The position numbers were made by a program, and so were the translations under genes. 64,000 nt of DNA from Eledone cirrhosa (Eukaryota): the NCBI GenBank assembly GCA_964016885.1, contig OZ024747.1, forward strand, positions 25,110,001 through 25,174,000. The letters are read 5' to 3'. The notes below the pieces were generated by a model, which searched no databases, was not told the origin of the DNA, and saw only the letters and a program-made list of their open reading frames with translations. Shown piece after piece: positions 23,835 through 36,221 of the stretch (positions within the stretch are counted from its first letter, which is position 1; every line of letters begins with the position of its first letter).

Positions 23835-26800
23835 GATAGATAGATAGATAGATAGATTTCTTTATTAGCCACAGGGGCGCACAAGAAAAGGGGACAATAC
23901 AAAGACATGCCGGGGATTTTACATACAGTCGTGTAAAAAATATAAAAACAAACAATTACAACAATCGAAATCCCCAATAGGGGGGAAGCGCCACAAATGG
24001 GTTGTTTAATATCCCGTCGATAGAACAACCCTCAACTCCAGGAGCGTGTTGTGCAAGTGCTCCTTTCTTCCTTTTGCTCTCTTCTTCAACCTACAAGCTT
24101 ATAAACAGAGAAGGCCCAATCACTCGGGCCATTTTCGCTTCATTCACCCACCTTTCAGTAAATTTACTGGGGTGCAGTGCTTCTCTCTCCACTCTGATTA
24201 TCCTTCTAAAGTGATACTTAAAGAAGGGAATCAATTGTTGTCCGGAGAGAAAGGCATCAGTCCTCAGTCTTCTCAATCTCGTCCACCATATAATTTCTTT
24301 CACCATAGCTACCGTACAGAGGAAAACCGCCTCTCTTTCGTTTTTTAAAGAGGCTGGCGTTTTGATCCTTACTATGGACTCGGCAGTCAATTGGATTTGT
24401 CCCATACGCGACAGCAGTTGTTCTGCATAGTTCCACAGGTCGGGTACGCCCGGGCAATGTACAATTGCGTGCAGGACTGTTTCAATGTCCTGCGCGCATC
24501 TTGGACACGTCCTCTTGGAAGGATCCCTGTCGGGGCGTTCGTGCCTGTAGATCTTGTCATGATCCGGTAGAGCTCCTCGGTAGCACTGCTAGGCCAGGGA
24601 CCTCTGGAAGTTGTCCATAGGTCCCGGGCGGAAAGTCCTACCAAACAGACTGGTGAGCTCATCGTCTTCGACGCCCAGAGTCTCTCCGAGCACGTTGTCG
24701 CCCTTGTAACGTACAATCCATCTCTAGAATGTCGAAGTGGAGTCTCCACTGATTGCTGCGCCCGCTTGCCAGAGGACTGTGAGCGCCTGTGCGCATTCAA
24801 TGTGCCAGGCGTCCATCGTTTTTCGGTCTTTTCTTGACCCAGGACTGCAGCTCCGTCAGCGAGACGAGCTGTGGGAAAGCCTGTCTCACAAACGGTGCCC
24901 ACACCGGTTGGGGGTCGGTGAGGAATACTTGGAGATGCCGCAGCCTCCGCGCATGTTTGCGCATCATCAGCCACGGCATTCCCAGCCCTCCGTTGGAAGG
25001 GTGCTGACAGCAGACGGATCTCCTCACCAGCGGAGCCTGCTTCTTCCTCAGAAACTGGAAGAGCATGCGTTCCATCTTGGCGAGGTGTTCACGGGGACAA
25101 GGCACGACAGTCAAGCGGTAGTAGATGACGGACGCTATGAAAGTGTTCGCCACCTCCGCTCATCCTTTCAAGGACAGTTTGCACTCTGCCCACTTCTGGG
25201 TGAGTGCAAACACCTTGGCCGTGACCTCGTTCCGGTTTTTCTCCACCTGGAGGTCTGGACCGAACCAGATCCCGAGCAATTTCACCGGTCCGTCCGTCCA
25301 GTGTCCAACGACGCTGTCGGACGTCATCGGTTTGCCTCTCCACGTACCGAGTTGCAAACCGACAGACTTGTCCGGGTTTAGTTTTGCTCCCGTCAGCGTT
25401 TCGTATTCTTTCAGTAAGTTGCCGATCACCCCAATTTCCGAGGTGTTCGACACCATTGCCGTCACGTCGTCGGCATAAGCCGACGCCGCTTTGCGCAGTC
25501 CCGGTTCTAGAGGGATGCCCTGCAACAGCTCCAATTTCCGCAGTAGTGGCTCTAGAGTCAATACATACAGAATGGAGGAGAGAGGGCACCCCCTGTCGAA
25601 TGGAACGCGTGATTGCGAACGGCTCCGATAAGTAGCCGTTCACCTTGACCCTCGAGCAGATGCTGGTGTGCATCGCCTCGATCCAGCCTCTGAAAACGGG
25701 ACCGGAACCGGCCGCCTTGAGAACCGCTTCCAAGTATCGATGGTCGACCCTATCGAATGCCTTAGACTGATCCAAATTGATCAGAGCCCCACCGAAGCCG
25801 GGTTTACTACCCACCCTCTCTATGATGTATCGCATGAGGTGGAGGTTGTCGTGTATGGACCTGGTCGGGATTGCACATGTTTGCGCTTTCCCTACCAGGT
25901 TCTCGGCGACAAGCGCCAACCTCGTCGCTAGCACCTTGGCCAAAATCTTTAACTCTGTGTTGAGCAGAGTTATGGGCCTGAAGTTGTTAATTTCGTCCCC
26001 CTTATTCTCGTCTTTCCTGATCAGCGTTACTACGCCCTTGCCTGCAGAACTGGGAATTCTCCCGTTCTGCTGCCAATTGCAGTAGACGGCTTCGAGGACG
26101 CCAGAGAACAAGTCCGGCATGCCTATGTAAAACTCATAGGGTAGACCATCTAGACCGGGTGACTTGCGTTTCCCGCAGCGGCCCAGAGCGTCCCGTATCT
26201 CAATGTCGGTGATCGGTCTTTCGCAGAACTCGGCATCCGTGTTCGAGAGACGCGGCAGGCCGTCGAGGTATGAACTAAAGTCCATTGCCCCGTTCAGCTC
26301 ACCGTCGTTCTGCTCAAACAGTCGCGCAAAGTGCTGCTGAAAGGCCGCGCACATTTGCTTGGGGGGTCAAGTAGCACGCGTCCGTTTTGGTCTTTCAAAG
26401 ACCGAATCGTGGACTTTTTGCCACTTTTCGCCTCCGCCACTCGAGCCTAGCTGACAGCTTTCGCTCCTTCGTTTCCTAGAGCACGTGTTTTGCTTCTGAC
26501 CACGCAGCCTTCGTGTTTCGCATCGAAGAACTGGTCCAGTGCCGTTCTCGACGCTAACACTCTATCCGCGTTTCCACTTCTAAGTGCCTCCTCTACCTTG
26601 GCTACTAGTTCTCTTTCTATTTTATTTTTCTCTAAGGCTAACTCTCTGCTAAACCTTATCGATTCTATTCTAATTGCTTTTTTGAGAGAGTACCACCATT
26701 TATTGTTGATGATGGTTCCCGTTAACTGTTGCTTGAATAGTCTACTTATCCGTTCACTGTAAGCTTTACATACCGGCAACGACACGTTCAGCTTCCAGTA

Positions 26801-28353
26801 TCCAGGTCTTTGTCTGTGTTCTATCACGGTTGACTAAGCAGACGACTAATTTGTGATCTGAATAGGCAACCATGTGCATTCGTGGACAGCTTAACATCTC
26901 CTTGTCCCTTTCTCTAATGAAGAGCCTATTTAATTACGATCTAGATGTCTCGCTGCGGTTTGCCCACGTCCACTGTGGTGCAGTCGGGAAATCCAGTCGA
27001 TACCTATTGGCCAGTTGGAATTGGCCGATTAAAGTTTTGAGGCTGTTGCACCCCCTTCTACTGGGACATGCTCCAACATAGTCCCATCGTGCATCTAGGA
27101 TACCATTCCAGTCCCCCACTAAAAGTAAGGAGCGAGGCGTTTATGGTGGGTGCTTGTGTTTGGGGTGGTGTTGGTGTTGGTTTTGCTGGTAGGAGGATGT
27201 TTGACTGTGGTGTTGTTTGTGTTGTTGTTTGTGTCTGCGGTTGTGTGTTGGTGTTGGTGATTGGAGTTTTGGGTGTTTTGAGGTGTCTCTTTTTTTTGTT
27301 TTTTAGATTTCCGCGGCTCTCCCTCTTCTTCACTTAAAGAAGGAGAAGCAGTTTCATCCGTCGATGAATAATCATCGTCAGGAGTGTGGGGTAGGGGTAT
27401 GTTGTGTGGTGGTGGTGTTTCGGTGTGTGTGTTTGTGGTAGTGTTTGATGGAGTGGGATGGGGTGGGGCTGTGTTCTTCAGGAGTGTTGTCTCTGTTTTT
27501 TCTGTTGTTGTTGGTTGAGTGGCTGTTTGTTTTGGTGTGGTTGCTCGTTTCGTCTGTCGTTGTACTTGTGGTGGTGGTGGTTGTTTTGGTGTTGGTGTTG
27601 GTAATAGTGTTTTTTTAATGATGTTGTTGTGGTGTGTTTGTGAAGAACAGGAGGCTTTTAGGTGTGCTGTGCAACCACAGCGAAAGCAATGAATTTTTCG
27701 TCCTTCTACCGAAATGTTTATTTTGTTGTTGTCGTCGATGACGACTCTTTCGGGTATTTTGGAGATTCTCTCCGGTCTCATTTGCAACAGAATCTCCAAA
27801 TCAGTACCCGCCCACCTTTGTCGAATAGACTTTCGTATCGAAAGAATCATATCAGTTTCTGGCTCTACGAGGCCAGCTAAGATCCACCAGATGTTAATGT
27901 TTGGGGGTATATTTTTTATTTTTATTTTTTGTGTCCTTTTTCCCATGTATGTAGGGAAAAAGATGAATGCTTTTGACACTATTGGTGTCACAGAATGTTT
28001 TGGGGCGAGTGCCTCGCTTTTAAACAGTACGGAAACACTTCCGTACTGTTTTCCTCGTTGGAGAAAGTCGATATTTGCTAGAATTTCCTTGAAAGTAGCT
28101 TCTATATCTGTTTGACTAACAAATATCGGCTTTCTCGTGGTATTGAATACAGTCCTAAAGATCACTGTTCTTCGAACTGCGTCTTCTTTTATTTCAAGGG
28201 GTGAGTTAATTCTAAACCCACCTTTCTCTTCGAAAGTTACAAATTTTCTCCCTTGCTGGAGCATATCTCTTGCATTGGAGATGTCAAGATTTATAAAATC
28301 TTGTTTTTTGTTCACTGTTTCAGCGAAAGACATTTTTTTTTGTGTGGTGTTGC

Positions 28354-28398
<45 letters not shown>

Positions 28399-28905
28399 CG
28401 TTGTTAGCCTCGGTGTTGGAAATCTCAGTTCCTTGACGAGGTGAAACTTTATGTGTAGATGTATCTGTAGAGTTGCTGATGTTGACTTTTTCATGTGTAT
28501 GTATGTTAATGGGTTTAATTCCTGAGTTTTCATTTCTTTCCCCTTCGACGGTAGAAATTGTACAATCTTCAAGTGGCAATATTTTTTTCCCTTTGTTGAC
28601 AGTCGTATCTATGGCGACGTCCATAGTAGCAGAAGCAGATATAACGTTAAAATCTGCCTCTTTATCTCTCTTTTCTCTGTCGACGTTCTCCAGCGTTCTT
28701 TCCGTGTTATTCATGTTTTATAGTTGGCAATCAATTTTTAAATTAAATGTTCGCCCCTAAAGGGGCGAAAAATGGGATTGCCACCCAGCTGACAATTCAG
28801 CTTGGGGGTTAATCTACAAAATAATGTTTTTTCAAACAATTTGTTCTGTTTTTCGTATATAAATTTACAAAAAATCTTACCGGTGATGTTCCACGCGTCA
28901 GGCAG
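23835..28905 (-). mobile_element. Tx1-like non-LTR retrotransposon copy A (5' end apparently intact, internal deletion, frameshifted ORF2)
   Basis: ORF1 followed by fragmented ORF2 (GDWN, RT motifs LDQSKAFDRVDH and AYADD), then AATAAA and a (TCTA)n tail. A deletion junction near 27137 fuses the ORF1 tail to the middle of the endonuclease. Confidence 0.9.
27119..28714 (-). CDS. Tx1-type ORF1 (gag-like nucleic-acid-binding protein), C-terminus lost by deletion
   Basis: 531-aa ORF with a CX2CX4HX4C knuckle (CFRCGCTAHLKASC), an RRM-like region, poly-N and a T/P-rich tail. Homologous to 33190-33672. Confidence 0.8.
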
Positions 28906-28977
<72 letters not shown>

Positions 28978-29400
28978 TTCTCTATTAGACACAAGGGCGC
29001 ACAAGAAAAGGGAACAATACAAAGATATGCCGGGGATTTTACATACAGTCGTGTAAAAAATATAAAAACAAACAATTACAACAATCGAAATCCCCAATAG
29101 GGGGGAAGCGCCACAAATGGGTTGTTTAATACCCCGTCGATAGAACAACCTTCAACTCCAGGAGCGTGTTGTGTAAGTGCTCCTTTCTTCCTTTTGCTCT
29201 CTTCCTCAACCTACAGGCTTATAAACAGAGAAGGCCCAATCACTCGGGTCATTTTCGCTTCATTCACCCACCTTTCAGTAAATTTACTGGGGTGCAGTGC
29301 CTCTCTCTCCACCCTGATTCTCCCTCTAAAGTGATACTCAAAGAAGGGAATCAATTGTTGTCCGGAGAGAAAGGCATCTGTCCTCAGTCCTCTCAACCTC
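28906..29400 (-). mobile_element. Tx1-like copy B, heavily 5'-truncated (3' end only)
   Basis: 28978-29400 is nearly identical to 23858-24280. (GATA)n on both sides. Confidence 0.9.
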
Positions 29401-29401
29401 G

Positions 29402-29441
<40 letters not shown>

Positions 29442-32400
29442 TGTTTCTTTATTAGCCACAGGGGCACAAAAGAGGGGGACAAATACAAAGTTTACATACA
29501 ATAAAAACGTGTAAAATATTATCACAAATGCAATTGAAAAGATAATCGATTTTCCCCAATAGGGGGAGACATTTCATATGGGTAACACATACCCCCGAAA
29601 AAATGTGCAACCCTCATCTCCAGGAGTACGAAGAGTTTGTACCCCCTTCCTCTCTTCCTCCTTTTCCTCAACCTACAGGCTGATATAGAGAGAAGACCCA
29701 TTCACTCGGGCCATTCTCGCCACTTTCAGCCACCTTTCATAAAACTTGCTGGGGTACAGCACCTCTCTCTCCATCCTGATTCTTCTTCCAAAGTGGTATT
29801 TGAAAAAAAGAATCAGTTGTTGGCCGGAGAGAAAGGTGTCTGACCTCAGCCCTTTTAAACTCGTCCACCATACAACCTCTTTCGCCATAGCTATCACACA
29901 AAGGAAAACCTTCTCTCCTTCGTTCCTTCGTTTTTGAAGGAGGGTGGCGGTTTGATCATGACAATGGACTCGGTGGTCAACCGGATTGGTCCCACCCGCG
30001 ACAATAGTCGTTCTACATAGCCCCACAGGTCGGTAACGCCCGGGTAGTGTATGAAGGCGTACGCGACGGTTTCTTCATCTCGCACGCATCTCGGACAGAT
30101 CTTTTTCGAAGGGTCCCTGCCCGGGTGCCCATGTCTATAGAGCTTCTCTCGAACTGGTAGAGCTCCTCGGTAACACTGCCAGACCAGGGACTTTTGGAAG
30201 TTGTCCATCGGTCCCGGGCGGAAGGTCCTACCGAACAGACTGGCCAGTTCGTCTTCCTCTACGCCTAGAGTTTCTCCGAGCGCGTCGTCGCACTTGCTGC
30301 GGATCAACCCTCTATAGAATGACGAAGTGGAGTCTCCACTGATCGCTGGGTCCGCCTGCTAGAGGGCTGTGGGCGCCTGAGCACATTCGATGTGCCAGTC
30401 GCCCATTTTCCTCGGTCTTTGCTTGACCCAGGACTGCAGCTCGGTCAGCGAGACGAATCGTGGGAAGGCTCGCCTCACGAACGGGGCCCACACCGGTTGT
30501 CCGGTGAGGAATATGTAGAGATGCCGTAGCCTGAGCGCGTGTTTGCGCATCGTCAGCCACGGAATCCCCAGCCCTCCGTTGGAAGGGCGTTGGCAGCAGA
30601 TGGATCTTCTCACCAAAGGAGCCCGCTTCTTCCAAAGGAATTGGAAGAGCGCGCGCTCCATTTTGGTGAGCGTTTTGGCTGGACAAAGCACGACGGTCAA
30701 GCGGTAATAGATGACGGACGCTATAAAAGTGTTCGCCACCTCCACTCGACCTTTCAAGGATAGTTTGCACTCGGCCCACTTCTGGGTGAGTGCAAACACA
30801 TTGGCCGTCACCTCGTTCCAGTTTTTCTCCACCTGGAGGTCCGGACCAAACTAGACCCCGAGCAGCTTTACCGGTCCTTTTGTCCAGCGTCCGACGACGC
30901 CATCGGAAGGCATCGGTTTGCCTCTCCACGATCCGAGTTGCAAACCGACGGATTTGTCCCGGTTCAGCTTCGCTCCTGTGAACCTTTCGTATTCCTTCAG
31001 TAAGGTGTCGACTTCCTCGATTTGCGAGGTGCTCGACCCCATTATTTTCACGTCGTCGGATTAGGCCGACGCCGCTTTCTGCAGTCCCGATTCTAGAGGG
31101 ATGCCCTGCAATAGCTCCAACTTCCGCAGTAGTGGCTCGAGAGTCAATACGTACAGAAGGGAGGAGAGAGGACATCCCTGTCGGATGGATCGCACATCTG
31201 CTTCGGCTCACGTATCACGCGTCCGTCTTGGTCCTTCAAAGACCGAATCGTGGACTTGTTGCCACTTTTTGCCTCCGTCACCCGGGCCCAGCTAACAGCT
31301 TTGGCTCCCTCGTTACCCAGAGCACGTATTTTGCTTCTGACAAAGCAGCCCTCGTGCTTTGCGTCGAAGAACTGGTCCAAGGCCGTTCTCGTTGCTAGCA
31401 CGCTGGCTACGTTGCTACTTCTAATTGCCTCTTCTACTTTATCTACCAGTATTTCTATCTAACGCTAATTCTTTACTAAAAACTAACGAGTCTAATCTAA
31501 CTGCCCTCTTGAGAGAGTACCACCATCTGTTGTTGACAATGGCCCCTGTCAAGTGCTGTTTAACTAAAGTGCTAATCTGTCTACTGTAGGCTTTGCATGT
31601 TGGTAACGACAAGTTCAGCTTCCAGTAGCCGGGTTCTTGTCTATGGGTTCTATCAAGGTTGACCATGCAGGTCACTAGTTTGTGATCTGAATAGATAACC
31701 AGGAACATTTGTGGACAGCTTAACATGGCCCTAACCTTATTTCTAACTAGAACCCTATCTAGGTACGATCTAGATGTTCCGCTGCGATTAGTCCACGTCC
31801 ACAGTGGCGCAGTCGGAAAATCTAGTCGATATCTATCGGCCAGGTCAAATCGGCCGATTAACTGTTTGAGGCTGTTACACCCCCCTTTATCGAGACATGC
31901 TCCCACATAGTCCCAACGTGCATCTAGGATTCCATTCCAGTCCCCCACTAAAAGCAAGGAGCGGGACGTTCCCAGAAAAGTCTCTAGACGTTTGAAGAAG
32001 TCTGGCCGCGGTGTCCCGGATGGGGCATATGCGGCCACCAGCCTGAAGGCTCCACCTTCACTACCGTCAACGTCTAGGACCACCAGTCGACCCTCCGGGT
32101 CCAGATGTACCGGCTGTGTTATGAGGCCCAGGTGTTTCCGCAGCAAAACGGCAACCCCGCCCCCACCCCCCGGCTGACAGAGAGATGCGTAGATCTGAAA
32201 GTCATCGAAGATGGGGGCCAGCTGTCGCTCGATGTGGATCTTGGACTCGCAAATGGCTACTACATCCATACTGTGCGACCTGTGGTCGTTTAAGAGTTTA
32301 CCCTGTTTCCAGGGCATCCCCAGGCCGCGTACATTCACATATCCAACTCTTATATTGGCCATGTTGGTTCTTAAAAGTTAAAAGAAGAGAAGAAAACACT

Positions 32401-33673
32401 CACCTCTTCGTCTCCCGGGGATCAGACCGCACGATTTCCATGGGGGTGTTAGAGGGGTTGTCTGGGTGGGTGGTGGTTTCCGGCGGGTGGGGACGGAGAT
32501 GTTTGGTGGGGAGGGGTGTCTGGTTGGGTGGGGGTGTCTGGGGTGAGGGTGGGGAAACTTTTTAAAAGGACGCGGTTAATGGGTTTAACACAAGGATTAC
32601 CCACGTCCTTAGGAAAGTTTTCCTTTAAAGACTTATAGGTGTCCGTAGGGACCCTAATCATCTTTAAATTAGGTTTGTCTACACAGTTAGAAAAAGTTTT
32701 CCCTTCGGTTTTCACCGAAGGGTCGTTGGAGATGACCTCCATTAAAGTTTTGTTTTTACTGTTTATGTATGTGTAATGTTCTTGTTGTGTTGCGGTGGTT
32801 TTTGTCTGTTGTTCTTGTGGGTGCTTTCGTTTTGTTATAGGTGTTTGTGTTTGGAGTGATGTCGTGGTTTTGTTTTCGGGACTGGGGGTTTTTGTTTGTA
32901 ATGTTTGTGTTGTTTGTGTTGGTGGTTGTATGTTTGTAGTGATGTTTGTTGTTGTTTTTTTTTTTTGTTCTTGTGGTGTCTATTCTTCTTTCTTTTCGAA
33001 CGGAGAGGCTCTCCCTCATCGTCACTTGGTGATGATGAGGGGGTCTCGTCCGTTGTGGTGTCTGTGTTATTTGGAAGGGGTATGTTTTGGGGAGCTGTTG
33101 TGTTTGTGGGTGTTTTTTTGCAGTGGTTTTAGGTGGAGTGGGGTTGGGTGGGACTGTGCTTGCAGGTTGGTTTGTTGTTCTTGTTTTGGTTATGTTTGCG
33201 TGTTGTTGTTGTTGTTGTGGTGGTGGTGGTTGTGTTGTTGTTTTGGGTGTTGGCAGTAGTGCCTCTTTTTTTTTGTAGTTAACTGAGGACAGTAAACCTT
33301 CAGGTGACCACTGCTTAAACAGTGGTAATATGAAGGCCGCCTACCCTCAACAGAAATGTTTATTTGTGAAATTCCATCCAGAGGCACACGTTGGGGTATT
33401 TTAGCTATCCGTTCTGGCCTCATTTGGACCAGAACTTCCAGGCTTGTACCATTGAATGTGCCTCTGGAGGACTTTCCCACCGAAATGATGGTGTCTTCGT
33501 CGAAATCGATGAAGCCAGTTAAAATCCACCAGACGTTTACATTTGGTGCAATGTTCGAAATTTTTATCTTTTGTGTCCTTTTTCCCATATATGTGGGGAA
33601 AAGGGTGTAAAGGGGGGTCACAATCGGCGATACAGAATATTTTTGTGCCGTCAATTGGTTTTTCAACAACACC
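29401..33673 (-). mobile_element. Tx1-like copy C (5'-truncated in ORF1; about 0.74 kb of the RT N-half deleted near 31190)
   Basis: Endonuclease present; KQMC is joined directly to the SIRQGCPLS region; zinc knuckle CPRC present. 3' UTR differs from copies A/B. Confidence 0.9.
31439..32362 (-). CDS. APE-type endonuclease domain of Tx1 ORF2 (copy C)
   Basis: Catalytic motifs GYVNVRGL, ICESK, AYAP, GDWN, YLDRV and SDH in the expected order. Confidence 0.88.
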   Translation of the reverse strand: MANIRVGYVNVRGLGMPWKQGKLLNDHRSHSMDVVAICESKIHIERQLAPIFDDFQIYASLCQPGGGGGVAVLLRKHLGLITQPVHLDPEGRLVVLDVDGSEGGAFRLVAAYAPSGTPRPDFFKRLETFLGTSRSLLLVGDWNGILDARWDYVGACLDKGGCNSLKQLIGRFDLADRYRLDFPTAPLWTWTNRSGTSRSYLDRVLVRNKVRAMLSCPQMFLVIYSDHKLVTCMVNLDRTHRQEPGYWKLNLSLPTCKAYSRQISTLVKQHLTGAIVNNRWWYSLKRAVRLDSLVFSKELALDRNTGR

Positions 33674-36072
33674 GATAGATAGATTTCTTTATTTACCATA
33701 AAGGCATAAAAAGAAGGGACAAATACAAAGGGGGAGTTTACATATAATCGAGTAAAAAGGGTGTAACATGAAAATAATCGAAAATAACCTCAAAAGGGAG
33801 GGGACGTGATGGGGGTTGCACACACCCCCGAAAAAGTGTGCAATCCTTTGCCCGGGGAGCACATGGAGAAGGTGCTCCCCTCTCCTTTACTTCTTTACCT
33901 ACAGGATGGTATACAGAGAAGGCCCATTTACACGAGCCATTCTCGCCACTATCACCCACCTTTCATAAAACTGCCTGTGGCCAAGCACCTCTCTCTCCAT
34001 TCTTATCCTCCTTCCGAAGTGATATCGGAAGAAGTAGACCAGACTATGGCCAGAGAGGAAGTTGCCTGACCTCAGACCTTTCAATCGTGTCCACCAAACA
34101 ACCTCTTTCAACATGGCTATTACGCACAGAAAAACCGCCTTTGCTTCCTTTGTGAAGAGGGGAGGCGGTTTGATTGTCATCACGGACTCGGCGGTCAATT
34201 TAATCGGCGCCACCCGCGACAGCAGTTGTTCGGCGTAGCCCCACAGATCAGCCACGCCCGGACATTGCACCAATGCGTGCGCCACGGTTTCTTCGTGACG
34301 CACGCATCTAGGGCAAATCTTTTTTGAGGGATCCCTGCCCGGGCGCCCGTGTCTGTAGAGCCTCTCTCGAACGGGTAGAGCCCCTCGGTAGCACTGCCAG
34401 GCCAGTGACTTCTGGAAGTTGTCCATTGGTCCTGGGCCGAAGGTCCTACCGAACAGGCTGGCCAGTTCGTCTTCCTCCATGTCCAGCGACTCCCCAAGGG
34501 TGTCATCGCCCCTGCTAGCCACCAGCCCTCTATAGAATGATGAGGTGGATTCTCCACCGATGGCCCGGCCCGCTTGCCAGAGAGCCCTGAGCGCCTGAGC
34601 ACACACAGTGTGCCAGTCTCCCAGTTTTCCGGATCTTTGCTTGACCCAGGACTGTAGCTCGGTGAGTGAGACGAGTCTCGGAAAGGCTCGTTTCACGAAC
34701 GGAGCCCACACCGGTTGACCAGTGAGGAATACCTGTAGGTGCCGTAGCCTTAATGCGTGCCTACGCATCATCAACCACGGCATCCCCAGCCCTCCTTTCG
34801 AAGGTTGTTGGCAGCAGATGGATCTTCTCACCATAGGAGGACGCTTCTTCCAAAGAAATTGGAAGAGCATGCGTTCCATGGTGGTGAGTGTTTCCTTAGG
34901 GCAAGGCACGACAGTCAGGCGGTAGTAAGTGACGGACGCTATGTAAATGTTCGCCACCTCCGCCCGGCCTTTTAGGGACAGCTTACACTTGGCCCATTTC
35001 TGGGTTAGTGCAAACACCTTGTTCGTAACCTCGTTCCAGTTCTTTTCCACCTGGAGGTCCGGTCCAAACCAGACCCCAAGCAACTTTACCGGGCCCTCCG
35101 TCCAGTGTCCGACGACACCGTCAGGAGGCATCGGTCTGCCTCTCCACGTTCCGAGTTGCAGCCCGATGGATTTTTCCCGGTTCAGTTTCGCTCCTGACAA
35201 CCTTTCGTACTCCTCCAGTAAGGTACCGATCACCTCGATCTCCGAGTCGGTTGATACCATTACTGTTACGTCATCGGCGTAGGCCGACACCGCTTTGCTC
35301 AATCCTGGTTCCAGGGGGATACCCTGCAACAACTCCAACTTCCTCAGTAAAGGCTCGAGAGTCAATACGTACAGAAGGGAGGAGAGAGGGCACCCCTGTC
35401 GAATGGATCGTGTGATTTCGAACGGCTTCGAAAGGTAGCCGTTCACCTTGATCCTAGAACAGATGTGGTTGCTATGTAGGGCAGTGATCCAGCCTCTGAA
35501 AACAGGACCGAACCCAGCCGCCGCTAGCACCGCATCCAGGTAACCATGGTCGACCCTGTCGAAGGCCTTAGACTGATCCAAGTTGATCAGGGCCCCACCG
35601 AAGCCGGGTTTGTTGCCAACCCTCTCTATGATGTATCGCATGAGGTGGAGGTTATCGTGAATGGACCTGGATGGGATAGCACATGTCTGCGCATCTCCCA
35701 CCAGGCCACCCACGACAAGCGCCAACCTCTTTGCTAACACCTTGGCCAAAATCTTTAACTCTGTGTTTAGCAGGGTTATGGGCCGAAAATTATTTATACT
35801 ATCCCCCTTGTTCTCGTCCTTCCTCACCAGCGTGACTACGCCCTTGGCTACAGAACAAGGAATTCTCCCGTTCTGCTGCCAATTGCAGTAGACCGCTTCG
35901 AGGAGTTCGGAGAAGAAGACCGGCATTGCTAAATAAAGTTCGTAAGGTATACCATCGAGACCTGGAGATTTGCGTCTGCTGCATTGGCTCAGCGCATCTC
36001 CGATCTCATCAGCCGAGATTGGTCCCTCGCAGGACTCCGCCTCTTTGTTCGAGAGACGCGGCAGGCCGTCGA
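33674..36072 (-). mobile_element. Tx1-like copy D (5'-truncated; third 3' UTR type)
   Basis: Short (GATA) tail at 33674-33684. The truncated 5' end abuts (GATA)3 at 36073-36086. Confidence 0.9.
33899..36072 (-). CDS. Uninterrupted reverse transcriptase plus C-terminal zinc knuckle of Tx1 ORF2 (copy D, lacks native start)
   Basis: About 725 open codons: KSPGLDG, NFRPITLLNTELKILAK, LDQSKAFDRVDH, IRQGCPLS, AYADD, CX2CX8HX4C (CPRCVRHEETVAHALVQC). Confidence 0.88.
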
Positions 36073-36136
36073 GATAGATAGATAGACGTGTACCAAAAAC
36101 AAGGCACACACAGACACACACACACAAGTTCGTTTG

Positions 36137-36221
<85 letters not shown>

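Noticed and set aside
23835-36086. Tx1 array explained as simple tandem segmental duplication
   Set aside because: Copies have different 5' breakpoints, different internal deletions and three distinct 3' UTRs.
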